The position numbers and the translations under genes were made by a program. A DNA stretch of 49,305 bases. Origin: a virus. Lineage: Duplodnaviria > Caudoviricetes. Every line of letters starts with the position of its first letter. Position 1 is the first letter of the stretch. Below the pieces are notes generated by a model. The model did no database searches. It was given only the letters and a program-made list of their open reading frames with translations, and was not told the DNA's origin. Positions 33,025-41,793 of this stretch are shown one piece after another. The DNA lies in IMG/VR virus record IMGVR_UViG_3300032024_000106, positions 1 to 49,305 of that record, one strand, 5' to 3'.

Positions 33025-35712
33025 TCAATCATCATTGCCATATCCACCGCGCCAGCCTTCGGCTTCGCCCGACCCATCGCGCTTGCGAAGAATGTCCTGC
33101 TGCAGATATTCGCGCAGCACTTCGCGAAATGCGGAGACGTTTTTTTTTATGTAAGCCGCCATGGCCTTATCATCGCGCTTGATCTCGTCCGGGATATCAC
33201 CCATCAGGAATACCGTCGCCTGGCGGCGGCGGCCTGCGGCATCCACCACCATCAGCGGTGCATCGGGATCGCCAATATCCTTGATGGCCTTGGTGACGCC
33301 GTTCATCGCGCAGAATTCGGGAATGAACTTGTTGAGCGCCCGGGGATTGCGCTCACCGGTCCGAGCGCAGAACGTGGTATAGGCGCGGTACAGATCCGTC
33401 GTGAGGCACGGGCCATAGGTGAGAGGATAGATCAGTCCATCGTGGAGCTGCTGCTGAAAGTATTGTGCGGAGTTGAGGCCCATCTCGATCAGGTCCTCTT
33501 TCGCCGCGGTCAGCAGCGGCTTCGTATGCTCCGCGAAATCTCCGCACTCATAGGCCAGTAGATAGGCATAGAGCGCCGCGATGCCGCCATCCGCAATTTC
33601 AGCGACGGTATCGCGATAAAACTCTCCAGACAACGCCGCCGGCGTGCGAATTACCATGTAACGCCGATCGCCAGGCATGATCTGCAGCGCCTGCAGTTCG
33701 TTGGTCAGAAACACCATCTGCGCATGGTTCGATTCGTAGCGGATTGGCGTGAACATCTCGCGAATCGGCAGCACCGGCTCCGTCACCATGTTCTTGAGCC
33801 GGCCGACGTGGTGCCGAAGCTCCTGACGCGAAATCACTTCGTTTGCGATCAAGAAGAGCCTTCGGCTCAACCACCCATTAAAGCGGTCTTCCAGTTCGGT
33901 CTGCGTGATCAGCGTTCCATATTCGCCGTAGATGTCCTGGATTGCGCCGAAGAAGAGGTTCTTGCCTGTGCCCTCCGGGCCGTGCATCACAATCGCGGTC
34001 TGCATTTTCGCACCCGGATGCTGCAGCGGGTAGGCCAGCCATTTCGTCACCCACTCGGTCACCGGCGCCTGGTCCTGCTCCGCTTCTCCGCAAAGGTATT
34101 GCAGCAGCTCGATCAGTTTTCCGCACGATCCCTTATCGGACGGCTTGATCGGCATGCCCCGATACAGGTTGATGCAGCCTTCCGGCGTCTCCGTGGCAGG
34201 CTCGAACACCATCTGGTCCAGATTCACCGTGCGGCGGTCCGGGCTTTCGAGCCACCACTTCACAATACGGTCGCCGAAGGCGATCTTGACCGCGGAGAGC
34301 TTCACGATCTCGCGCAGCTTCGCGTCCCACAGCGTGTCGGTCGGATAGATCAGCGTGAAACGCTCGAAGAAGCCGCGCCAGTCGAAAGTTTTATCGGGCT
34401 CCGCTGCGCCGTCCTTGGCCTTGCTCTTCGAATCACGTTTGACATTCCCGACCTCTTCCTTGACCAGCTTGCGCAGCGCCTGGGACAGTTCGATGCGCTC
34501 GATTTCAGGCAGGATCTGGGCCCGCACCGCATCGAGGCCTTCGGCCTTGTGCAGGTCATTGAAGTCCGTGCTTTTGGCGACCTCCGGCTCCGCCGACAAC
34601 GTGCGGTCGCGGAACACAGGAAAAACAACGGTGGCGTTGCCGATCGTGGCAGCGGTCTTGTTCGCCGCCTTGCGGCCGGCGTTCTCTCGCGTGAGCGTGA
34701 CCATGCGTTCGCCATACCGTATCGCGCCGACGATGCCGCGCACACCCTCGCCGTCCGCTGCCCATTCCGCGCTGATTTCGATCTCGGCGGCGACCCACGT
34801 GTCGCGTTCCCTCACCTGGCCCTTGAACTTCCAGGCGGTCAGCGGCAAGCGCACCAACTCCGCGAGATGATAGTTTTCTCGGAGCAGCTTGTTCATACTT
34901 GACTCAAGGTAGGCGTCATCGTCCGCGCAAAGCATGATCGGGTTGGCGGGGAAGAGCTTGCGGAGGATCGCCGCGACCAGCGGCATATTGCCGGCATCGA
35001 AGGCGACAAACACGGGGGACTTGTGCTTGAGCGCCATCGAGGCGGAGAGGCCCGTCGCCAGGCCCTCCGCGATCAGGATAAGCTCACCCGCCTTCGGCAC
35101 ATTGCCGAGCCGGCAGGCGGCGCCGTCTTTCGCCATGCCCTTGTTGAAAAGCTTAGCGCCGTCCGGCGCGATCTTCTGCAGGCCGACCAAACGCCGCGGT
35201 CCGGTGTAGCCCTCGGCCGACTCCTGCGCCTCGGTGATGTCGTAGCGGATCATCGGCACCAGCACCGTGCCGTCCGCGAAATAGCGCAGGCCCTTGACGT
35301 GCTCGACGCCCTTGCGGTCGAGGTAGGTCTCGATATTGGCCGGCTTCGCGGTGCGCGCGCTTTCCCATTGGCTGCGCGCGCGGCCGGACGCGAACCGGGC
35401 CCGCTCCGCGCGCTTGGCCTTTTCCTTCGCATCGGCTTCCGCGCGCTCGCGCTGCAGTTGCTCGCGTTCCTCCTGGGCCATGCCCTTCCAATCGATCTCG
35501 ATTTTGGAAGACGGGATCTCGCCCCATGACCCGTAATCCCCGTCGATCACGAACTGGCCGCTCTTCGCGCGGAATTCGCGGAGGATATACCAGGCCTTTT
35601 TCTTCGGCCCGTAGCGCGTAATTCGGCCGGCGTTGACGATTGGATGCCCCTGCGGGAAGTCGGGCATCCCTGCTGCACGCATCTGTGCAACAGCCTCGGC
35701 GAGATTGGTCAT
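33025..35712 (-). CDS. DNA primase-helicase (TOPRIM plus SF3/D5-like helicase)
   Basis: GLQKI, IAEGLATG, VAFDAGN, CADDD, TDFNDLH, and Walker A GPEGTGKN. Confidence 0.92.
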   Translation of the reverse strand: MTNLAEAVAQMRAAGMPDFPQGHPIVNAGRITRYGPKKKAWYILREFRAKSGQFVIDGDYGSWGEIPSSKIEIDWKGMAQEEREQLQRERAEADAKEKAKRAERARFASGRARSQWESARTAKPANIETYLDRKGVEHVKGLRYFADGTVLVPMIRYDITEAQESAEGYTGPRRLVGLQKIAPDGAKLFNKGMAKDGAACRLGNVPKAGELILIAEGLATGLSASMALKHKSPVFVAFDAGNMPLVAAILRKLFPANPIMLCADDDAYLESSMNKLLRENYHLAELVRLPLTAWKFKGQVRERDTWVAAEIEISAEWAADGEGVRGIVGAIRYGERMVTLTRENAGRKAANKTAATIGNATVVFPVFRDRTLSAEPEVAKSTDFNDLHKAEGLDAVRAQILPEIERIELSQALRKLVKEEVGNVKRDSKSKAKDGAAEPDKTFDWRGFFERFTLIYPTDTLWDAKLREIVKLSAVKIAFGDRIVKWWLESPDRRTVNLDQMVFEPATETPEGCINLYRGMPIKPSDKGSCGKLIELLQYLCGEAEQDQAPVTEWVTKWLAYPLQHPGAKMQTAIVMHGPEGTGKNLFFGAIQDIYGEYGTLITQTELEDRFNGWLSRRLFLIANEVISRQELRHHVGRLKNMVTEPVLPIREMFTPIRYESNHAQMVFLTNELQALQIMPGDRRYMVIRTPAALSGEFYRDTVAEIADGGIAALYAYLLAYECGDFAEHTKPLLTAAKEDLIEMGLNSAQYFQQQLHDGLIYPLTYGPCLTTDLYRAYTTFCARTGERNPRALNKFIPEFCAMNGVTKAIKDIGDPDAPLMVVDAAGRRRQATVFLMGDIPDEIKRDDKAMAAYIKKNVSAFREVLREYLQQDILRKRDGSGEAEGWRGGYGNDD

Positions 35713-35960
35713 TGCGCCCTTCTTTCGCGCACCGCGTCCGCGCCGCTGAAAAACGCAGGGGACACCGGGCGGTCCTTGACCCGGGTGACTATTGTGAGCA
35801 GGTGAGGCGGGAGCGCCACCTCATCGCCATCGTCGAGGTAACGCAGGTCCATTCTCTGCCCCGCGAAACCGTGCACTGCCGCAAGCCTGCCCAATGACGT
35901 GCTGACGGTATCGCCTATCTTTAAATCACGCAGCATCACTATCCGGCACGGTCGGCTCAT
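35709..35960 (-). CDS. hypothetical protein (KOW/SH3-like)
   Basis: MSRPC...DLKIGDTV...; start at 35960 with RBS GAGG, coupled to both neighbours. Confidence 0.55.
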   Translation of the reverse strand: MSRPCRIVMLRDLKIGDTVSTSLGRLAAVHGFAGQRMDLRYLDDGDEVALPPHLLTIVTRVKDRPVSPAFFSGADAVRERRAQ

Positions 35961-36190
35961 GAGTTCCTCGCGGGCCTCACGTTCATCACTTCGCCGTGGC
36001 GCCAGAACGGCGGCCGCCCGCCATCTGATTTCAGCTTTCGCAGCTTCGCCTTCGGCACCGCGATCAGGCATTCGAAGCCATCCGGCCAGCCGTCGATCCG
36101 GGCGACGCGGTTGCGGTACACGATCAACTCGTGGTCTGGAAAGTCTGGCGCAAATTCTTCAGCGCTAAGCGGAGGGGGTTTTGAGTTCAT
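35957..36190 (-). CDS. hypothetical protein
   Basis: 77 aa, translationally coupled within the pR operon. Confidence 0.55.
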   Translation of the reverse strand: MNSKPPPLSAEEFAPDFPDHELIVYRNRVARIDGWPDGFECLIAVPKAKLRKLKSDGGRPPFWRHGEVMNVRPARNS

Positions 36191-36377
36191 TTTCTTGTTC
36201 TTTTTCCCTGACGAGCCTCAGTTCGATCTGCATCAGACGCCGGCGCGAAGGCGACATCGACCCCTCCGCCAGCGCCTTGCGAAGATAGCGCTCCTGGCGC
36301 TCGCGGTCTCCGTCGGGCATGTTCACCACGTTCGGGTCAAGCGGCGCCCGCGCTGGCCGTTCGGCATTGGCTGTCAT
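36165..36377 (-). CDS. hypothetical protein
   Basis: 70 aa, ATGA overlap with the upstream gene. Confidence 0.55.
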   Translation of the reverse strand: MTANAERPARAPLDPNVVNMPDGDRERQERYLRKALAEGSMSPSRRRLMQIELRLVREKEQENELKTPSA

Positions 36378-36853
36378 GTGCCAACCCTGATATCACTGCC
36401 GTCCCAAACGAACTCGCCATCAGCGCCAACCAGGCGATGCATCCTGCAGCCGCAGCAGTACGTCGCGCCGTAAAAACCCGGAGCGCGCGCATACGTTTCG
36501 GAGAGCGCCTCGCCCATTGTCGTAACGGCGCCGCAACCCCTGCCTACGCTATCCAGTTGCGCCTGAGTCCAAAACCGGCCCGTCACAGGAGACCCGTCAT
36601 CCGGGTACGCCTCGAATTTCACGTAGCCGAACTTGGATAAGCGCTCCGTCTCCTCATCGTTGAGATCGCGCAGCGGGTGCTTGGGTCCAGAAATTCCGAC
36701 GTGCAGATAAGACCGGCGCACCGGCCTGACAAAACCCTTCGCCCGCTCGGCCTCGCTTAGAACAAGATAGATTTCGTGTTGCAGCACCGGCGTTTCATCA
36801 GGGCCGCCGCGTTTAATCCTCGGGTCGCTCGGGTCGTCAGTGATTCCAGTCAT
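36374..36853 (-). CDS. conserved hypothetical phage protein (Cys motif)
   Basis: YLVLSEAERAKGFVRPVRRSYLH...CGAVTTM...ATYCCGC motif. Confidence 0.75.
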   Translation of the reverse strand: MTGITDDPSDPRIKRGGPDETPVLQHEIYLVLSEAERAKGFVRPVRRSYLHVGISGPKHPLRDLNDEETERLSKFGYVKFEAYPDDGSPVTGRFWTQAQLDSVGRGCGAVTTMGEALSETYARAPGFYGATYCCGCRMHRLVGADGEFVWDGSDIRVGT

Positions 36854-37071
36854 GATTTTTTACTCACCACGAAATTAAAAACACCGTCGTTAATGCTGAA
36901 ACTAACAATATCGCCGCCGGTATCATCTACTTCCGCAACCGGAATACAGACCTTGCCGTTTTCGGCGTGCCGCTTCAGCAGCACGACGAGCAGCTGGTCT
37001 TTAAAATCGTCCAGCACATCGGCATGCAATCCAGCGCCGGCTACACGCGCCATCTCAATACCCTTACCCAT
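36850..37071 (-). CDS. hypothetical protein
   Basis: 73 aa, coupled to the downstream gene. Confidence 0.65.
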   Translation of the reverse strand: MGKGIEMARVAGAGLHADVLDDFKDQLLVVLLKRHAENGKVCIPVAEVDDTGGDIVSFSINDGVFNFVVSKKS

Positions 37072-37080
37072 TCTTAGACC

Positions 37081-37431
37081 TCACGGGTCGATGCGGTCAG
37101 GGAACCCTACGCGTTCGCTTACCTCGTTGAATTTCTGCACCGCAGCGCGACCCAGGTCAACACCCAGTGCGGCTGCCAGCAGGTCGAGGTAGGTGAGCAC
37201 GTCGGCCAGCTCGTCGGCTACCTGCTTGTCTGTTGGGCTGAACTTGTTACCAGGCAGACCGTCGCGCTCGCGGTTTCGCATCTTCAACAGCGATGCAAGT
37301 TCTCCTAATTCTCCAGTCACAGCGGTAAGCCAGTCAGACGGCGACCACGACTCAATGCCTTGCGGGTGCCACTTCACGCAGCGCGCTACGTTGGCTAAAC
37401 GGAACTCGTCAAATGTCAGTTGCTTGCTCAT
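37081..37431 (-). CDS. MazG-like nucleotide pyrophosphohydrolase
   Basis: GELGELA...VADELADVLTYLDLLA...KFNEVS all-alpha NTP-PPase signature. Confidence 0.85.
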   Translation of the reverse strand: MSKQLTFDEFRLANVARCVKWHPQGIESWSPSDWLTAVTGELGELASLLKMRNRERDGLPGNKFSPTDKQVADELADVLTYLDLLAAALGVDLGRAAVQKFNEVSERVGFPDRIDP

Positions 37432-37546
37432 GACTTCCCCTCAAGGCGTTCGATGCGGGCGGTGGTCAATCCCGGGCCCGATGAGGAGGAGCCCTCCGTG
37501 CTACGCTTGAAAGCTCTGACCCGATCAACTTTCACACGGAGGCTCC

Positions 37547-37852
37547 ATGACACGGCTCGAAGATGTGATCAAGCATTTCGGCGGCATTACGCGCCGCTTA
37601 AGCAATGAGAATAATGCCCATAAGTTATTGCTCGATGCTCTCGTCGAGTCCCATCCCGATCCGACAGCATTGGCGGCGGCACTGGAAAAACAGATCGATA
37701 ACTTCATGGCTGCGGCCCTACCCCAGGATCTTTCAGACGCCGATATTGAGGCCGTCCGGGAACCCGCAGCCCGAGCCGCCGCGCGTTCGCGTTCTCTCGC
37801 ACTTGCACTGCAAGCCGCGACGCCCAATCATCGCCGTTCTCCGGAAAAGTAG
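37547..37852 (+). CDS. hypothetical protein antisense to the pR operon
   Basis: 101 aa, RBS CGGAGG, amphipathic helical sequence. Confidence 0.55.
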   Translation: MTRLEDVIKHFGGITRRLSNENNAHKLLLDALVESHPDPTALAAALEKQIDNFMAAALPQDLSDADIEAVREPAARAAARSRSLALALQAATPNHRRSPEK

Positions 37853-37972
37853 AACGCAGTCTGATGTGGGAGGCCCATCGCTTCTGCCTACAAAAGGAGG
37901 CCCACTTAGCTCTCATGACTTTCCCGCCTCCAATGGCGGCTGGGTGAGCGGGAGGCGGGACTTTGTCACGCG

Positions 37973-38176
37973 CTACCGCTCGCTACCGGAAGTTACCGCG
38001 CGCGATAATCTCGCGGCGAGCATCCTGACTGCATGACTCTTACCCAGCAACGATTCGATAAGGATTTCCCGAGCGACTTCACCCAAGTCTTTGTCTTCGA
38101 CTTCGGCGATCATGCTCAGCGCTTCATATGCGTCAGCAGGAAGGCGAACTTGAACCGGCTTGAGGTCGAGGCTCAT
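37973..38176 (-). CDS. small regulator in the CII position (RHH-like)
   Basis: VQVRLPADAYEALSMIAE...LGEVAREIL; directly downstream of cro. Confidence 0.6.
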   Translation of the reverse strand: MSLDLKPVQVRLPADAYEALSMIAEVEDKDLGEVAREILIESLLGKSHAVRMLAARLSRAVTSGSER

Positions 38177-38445
38177 GCTGTGGCCTCACTCGGGGCCAAC
38201 ATCTCCGGGGGAAATTCGAACCCTACCGGGTACAGATCGGGGCGCAGGTCATGTGCGGTCACCCCGCCATCTGTCGCGACCACAATGTCACGAACACGTT
38301 CCGCTGGAACGCGACCGAATTTGTTAAGCCATCCCCAGACATGGCCTTGCTTAACCCGCCCGCCCATTCGGCGAGCCAAGGCAGATTGGCCGCCCGCCAA
38401 ATCAATCGCCCTTTGAAGCGCCAACAATTCAGAAGTGGTTGCCAT
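38173..38445 (-). CDS. cro: Cro-like regulator (YdaS family)
   Basis: AIDLAGGQSALAR...VTAHDLRPDLY; divergent from the repressor gene. Confidence 0.88.
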   Translation of the reverse strand: MATTSELLALQRAIDLAGGQSALARRMGGRVKQGHVWGWLNKFGRVPAERVRDIVVATDGGVTAHDLRPDLYPVGFEFPPEMLAPSEATA

Positions 38446-38455
38446 GCCTAGATTC

Positions 38456-38520
38456 TACAACCGCAATTGTAATAAAAGCAACAACCACATTTGTTGCACT
38501 TAGTTACAATCTAAATTGTA
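38456..38520. promoter_or_regulatory. OR: three operators (T/A)ACAA-N6-TTGT(A/T)
   Basis: Sites at 38456-38471, 38480-38495 and 38505-38520, between cro and cI; same core as the phage 434 operator. Confidence 0.88.
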
Positions 38521-38530
38521 AAATTCACAC

Positions 38531-39019
38531 ATGGATATCCCTGAAAAATTCGATACATTAGCGAAAAGAGTCGCTTACGCGAGATCATTGATTGGCGTCA
38601 ACCAGTCTCAGCTTGCTGCGCTGATCGGGAAAAAAGCACAGACCATTCAATCGATTGAGATCGGCCGCAGCAAAAAATCCCACTTCGCTTTGGACATAGC
38701 CGGGGTATGCCAAGTAGATCCGATATGGCTTGCTACGGGAGAAGGCGAACCGCGCCCCATCGAACAACCACCACATAAGGCAACGCAAACCCAACCACCT
38801 TACGAGATACCGAGCCGGGAAGCGCATGAGATCGCCATGATATGGTCCGCTCTGCCAGACTATCGCCGACAGTGCATACGCGATCTACTTTTCATCGAAG
38901 CTGTAGTCGCCAAACGCTTGCCACGGCTGCAGTTAGGAAGACCCATTAAGGAAAGCTATAATCAATTTGAAAAACGGGTGAACCGCGAGATTCAGCAACT
39001 CACGAAACGGGGTAAATAA
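38531..39019 (+). CDS. cI: CI-like repressor, 434-like HTH, no S24 peptidase domain
   Basis: LAKRVAYAR...NQSQLA...QTIQSIEIG...VDPIWLATGEG; only 162 aa long. Confidence 0.85.
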   Translation: MDIPEKFDTLAKRVAYARSLIGVNQSQLAALIGKKAQTIQSIEIGRSKKSHFALDIAGVCQVDPIWLATGEGEPRPIEQPPHKATQTQPPYEIPSREAHEIAMIWSALPDYRRQCIRDLLFIEAVVAKRLPRLQLGRPIKESYNQFEKRVNREIQQLTKRGK

Positions 39020-39021
39020 CC

Positions 39022-39480
39022 ATGGCATTAGTCAATTGCCACGAGTGTAAAAAAGAAATTAGCACTGATGCGAAGGCTTGCCCAAATTGTGGGGCGAAGA
39101 TACGGAAAATCAAGAGCAGACGGGCGTGGAAAATACTACTTCTCGGCGCAATTATTGTTATTGCCGCATTCAATCTTTCACCCATCAAAACCAGCGATCC
39201 ATGCAATAACGAGATCACTCAAGCCAAAGCCCATGGCACGGCCCGACGCGCAATCGAAGCACGTCTCCGGGCTCCTAGCACTGCGGATTTTTCATCGCTG
39301 AGCGAATCCACTATTATAAGAACAACGGGCAGCCCGCCCGGAGAATGCCAATTTTCTGTGCGCCTATGGGTAGATGCTCAGAATGCTTTTGGCGCAAAAT
39401 TACGAAATCATTATGAGGTCCACATAAAAGGAGCCAGCGCGGGCGCTTGGACGGCCATCGGGATCACTCAAAAAAAATAA
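39022..39480 (+). CDS. zinc-ribbon membrane protein co-transcribed with cI
   Basis: CHECKKEISTDAKACPNCG, one TM helix, LRAPSTADF...VDAQNAFGAKLR; lower GC than the genome average. Confidence 0.8.
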   Translation: MALVNCHECKKEISTDAKACPNCGAKIRKIKSRRAWKILLLGAIIVIAAFNLSPIKTSDPCNNEITQAKAHGTARRAIEARLRAPSTADFSSLSESTIIRTTGSPPGECQFSVRLWVDAQNAFGAKLRNHYEVHIKGASAGAWTAIGITQKK

Positions 39481-39502
39481 AATAAACTACTGTTTCTTAT
39501 GC

Positions 39503-39527
39503 AAAAAGCCCGCTATGCGGGCTTTTT
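39503..39527. terminator. bidirectional intrinsic terminator
   Basis: AAAAAGCCCGC-TAT-GCGGGCTTTTT. Confidence 0.88.
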
Positions 39528-39539
39528 ATTTGTCTGCAT

Positions 39540-39583
39540 TACAATACCAGTTGTTGACAACATTACAATTCACGTTGTAATCT
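39540..39583 (+). promoter_or_regulatory. pL-like promoter with two OL operators
   Basis: Operators at 39540-39555 and 39564-39579. TTGACA (39554-39559), 18 nt spacer, TAATCT. Confidence 0.82.
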
Positions 39584-39610
39584 GCCTTCCGTCACTACAC
39601 GGAGGGCAGC

Positions 39611-40105
39611 ATGTCACGCCAAACTTCACCCGCACCGCGCCGCAAAGGCTGGGTTGACCCAGCCAAAGAGAAAGCTGCAGCGCTCGCGCGCATGAATATC
39701 GAAATCAGCGCGTCAGATTCTTCACCCACGCCTCGAACATGTCCACAGCCAGAAGCCGCGACTCCGCGACCGACTTTTTCAACAATCACAGCGCAAGTCG
39801 ACTACATCAGCCTCTGCCGCAAATGTGCCTGGAAGCATAGCCCGGTGCCGATCAAGAATTTTTCGATGAGCCGGCACGAATGCCGGCATTGCGGCACGGT
39901 GGCGCCGGTGACTATCTGCAAAGTCACGCCGAAACCCCCGCCCACTTCCGCTCCGCAACAGCGCCCCACCCGCTGCCCCAGCTGCCGCACCGTCGCCGCC
40001 GAACTCGTCTGCCACCTGTGCAAGACCGTCAGGCCCTTCTGGCAGCGCATCCGCATTAAACAGGAGGAGACAACACCATGTCCGGCGCAACGTTCTTCGC
40101 GCTGA
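39611..40105 (+). CDS. Cys-rich hypothetical protein (four CxxC pairs)
   Basis: RBS GGAGGG; CRKC, CRHC, CPSC and CHLC pairs. Confidence 0.6.
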   Translation: MSRQTSPAPRRKGWVDPAKEKAAALARMNIEISASDSSPTPRTCPQPEAATPRPTFSTITAQVDYISLCRKCAWKHSPVPIKNFSMSRHECRHCGTVAPVTICKVTPKPPPTSAPQQRPTRCPSCRTVAAELVCHLCKTVRPFWQRIRIKQEETTPCPAQRSSR

Positions 40106-40677
40106 TCAGCGTTTTTTTCATCGGCCTGGTCTTAGGCCTCGCCGCCAACATGGAACGCATCGGCCGCGTCGCGCGCTGGCGAGCATCAATCACCAGTCAT
40201 CAATCACCCATCACAGAATCCACAACGGAGGGTAGTATGCAAGCCGAACAAACCGCGGTCGCACCCGCCACACTCTCACTCATTACCCTCACCATCCCCC
40301 GCATCGGCGCCTACTGGGCAGAACAGGGCGGCGATTTTCTCGGCATCGTCGCCGGCGATGAAGGCCAGCCCGACTATCTCCTGATCGGCGGCCAGATCGC
40401 GCCTGAAGCGATGAATCACGCCGACGCGCTCGCCTGGGCGCAGGGCCTGCAACAACATGGCTTTAACGACTGGGACATCCCCAACCGCCGCGACGGGCTT
40501 GTGGCCGAGGCCAACAACAAGGGGAAAATTCCGGCCGACTGGTATTGGTTGAAAGACCAGTCCGCTCATGTCGACGCTTATGCCTGGGCTCAGTTCTTCG
40601 GCGACGGCCTCCTGGACTTCAGCCACAAGTCGGTTGAGCTGGAGGTCGTCCTCGTCCGCAGAGTGTCCATTCGATAA
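40078..40677 (+). CDS. DGR1 target gene B (DUF1566-like/CLec), alternative start at 40237
   Basis: IGAYWAEQGG, DWDIPNR and WYWL motifs, with a VR at the 3' end. Confidence 0.9.
   Translation: MSGATFFALISVFFIGLVLGLAANMERIGRVARWRASITSHQSPITESTTEGSMQAEQTAVAPATLSLITLTIPRIGAYWAEQGGDFLGIVAGDEGQPDYLLIGGQIAPEAMNHADALAWAQGLQQHGFNDWDIPNRRDGLVAEANNKGKIPADWYWLKDQSAHVDAYAWAQFFGDGLLDFSHKSVELEVVLVRRVSIR
40557..40662 (+). repeat. DGR1 variable repeat VR-B
   Basis: Ungapped match to TR 771-876 with 15 mismatches, all at TR adenines. Confidence 0.97.
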
Positions 40678-40702
40678 TTCGATAATTCGCGCGGAGCGCA
40701 AA

Positions 40703-41017
40703 ATGCAAAACCGCATCCTCGATTTTCTCGCAGCAGTTTGGCGCTGGCTCAGTGGCCAAAAGTCGGCGGAGCGCCGTGCTCAACTGACGCAGCTAACAGT
40801 AGCAGAAGCTGAGGAATTCGCGCGCTCCCTGCAGAAAACCCCTCTGCCGCCATCAGTAGGTTGTTCCTCAGCACCCGCCGCTGCTCAGAGGGCAGTGCCC
40901 CGCTCAACGCAAAAACAAATCCGCAAATCACGTCGCGTTGCTCCTCAAAAGTCAAAGGTTCCTCAGTCATCGGCTTCCTCCTCAAAACGCAAGTCTACTC
41001 CACGGAAACCGCTTTAA
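40703..41017 (+). CDS. hypothetical basic protein
   Basis: RBS GGAG, start MQNRIL, stop overlaps the next start; overlaps an antisense ORF. Confidence 0.45.
   Translation: MQNRILDFLAAVWRWLSGQKSAERRAQLTQLTVAEAEEFARSLQKTPLPPSVGCSSAPAAAQRAVPRSTQKQIRKSRRVAPQKSKVPQSSASSSKRKSTPRKPL
40749..40970 (-). CDS. possible antisense hypothetical protein
   Basis: Strong RBS GAGGAGG upstream of MTEEPLTFEEQRDVICGFVFAL... Confidence 0.45.
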   Translation of the reverse strand: MTEEPLTFEEQRDVICGFVFALSGALPSEQRRVLRNNLLMAAEGFSAGSARIPQLLLLLAASVEHGAPPTFGH

Positions 41018-41337
41018 TGGCCCGCTTCGCCGCAGGTGACGCCGTGATCGCCACGAAAAACCGACCCGGCATCGTAAAGAGCGTCTATCCGGCACGGATC
41101 ACGCCGACTTATGCCGTCGCGCTCGACGGCCAAACCAACCCGGAGATTTTTTACGAGCGCGAACTCCGCGCGCAGTCCGCGGCCCCATCTACCGCCATCC
41201 ATTGCAGGGATTGCGGCAACCAGAGTTGGAGTAACTACGCGCCCGGCGTCGTCCGCTGCACGGTCTTTAAACAATTCCGCAGCGCCGGCGCGCCGCGCCA
41301 GTGCGAGAACTTTTCTCCGCTCAAACCAGGAGGCTGA
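41017..41337 (+). CDS. hypothetical protein (SH3-like N-terminus, Cys motif)
   Basis: MARFAAGDAV...YAVALDG...FYEREL, followed by CRDC. Confidence 0.6.
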   Translation: MARFAAGDAVIATKNRPGIVKSVYPARITPTYAVALDGQTNPEIFYERELRAQSAAPSTAIHCRDCGNQSWSNYAPGVVRCTVFKQFRSAGAPRQCENFSPLKPGG

Positions 41338-41338
41338 C

Positions 41339-41791
41339 ATGGGCCGTCCCATCACCGGCATGAACGACACCTCGATCATCATTCTCTGCGTGCTGATGGC
41401 GGTCGGCGGCGCGATCATCTACGCGATCTTCCGCGCCATTCGCAATAGGCGGCCGGGAAATAGCCCCTGCACGGACCCCGAGTCGTCGCCCTTGTTTTTC
41501 ATCCCGCTGACGATCCTCTTTGTGATCGGCGCTTATCTCACCGTCCAGCACAATGATGATCGGCTTGAAGCTGCCGTCGCCCTGGAACGGGACACCAGCG
41601 GGCAGCGCCTAGCCGAGGGGCGCTGCCCGCCTCCACAGCCCGAGTTCGGCGAACTCGCGACGCTCTTTATCCGCAGCCAGGCGGATCTCAAGCCCGAAGT
41701 TTCGGGTTGCACCCGCTATGCGGAAAAACCCTACTCAACCAAACCTCGCGCGCGGAAACAGGCGCCGGCGGCCTTCGCGGAGCGGCAATAA
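41339..41791 (+). CDS. two-TM membrane protein
   Basis: RBS AGGAGG, two hydrophobic helices. Confidence 0.65.
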   Translation: MGRPITGMNDTSIIILCVLMAVGGAIIYAIFRAIRNRRPGNSPCTDPESSPLFFIPLTILFVIGAYLTVQHNDDRLEAAVALERDTSGQRLAEGRCPPPQPEFGELATLFIRSQADLKPEVSGCTRYAEKPYSTKPRARKQAPAAFAERQ

Positions 41792-41793
41792 CC

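Noticed and set aside
17195-35529. Many long + strand ORFs opposite structural and replication genes (e.g. 17753-18763, 29659-30603, 33724-34902)
   Set aside because: Shadow ORFs typical of high-GC coding DNA; the - strand genes carry the recognisable motifs.
39022-39480. Named anti-phage defence system next to cI
   Set aside because: Only a zinc-ribbon membrane protein is visible. Superinfection exclusion is plausible from position but cannot be supported from sequence.
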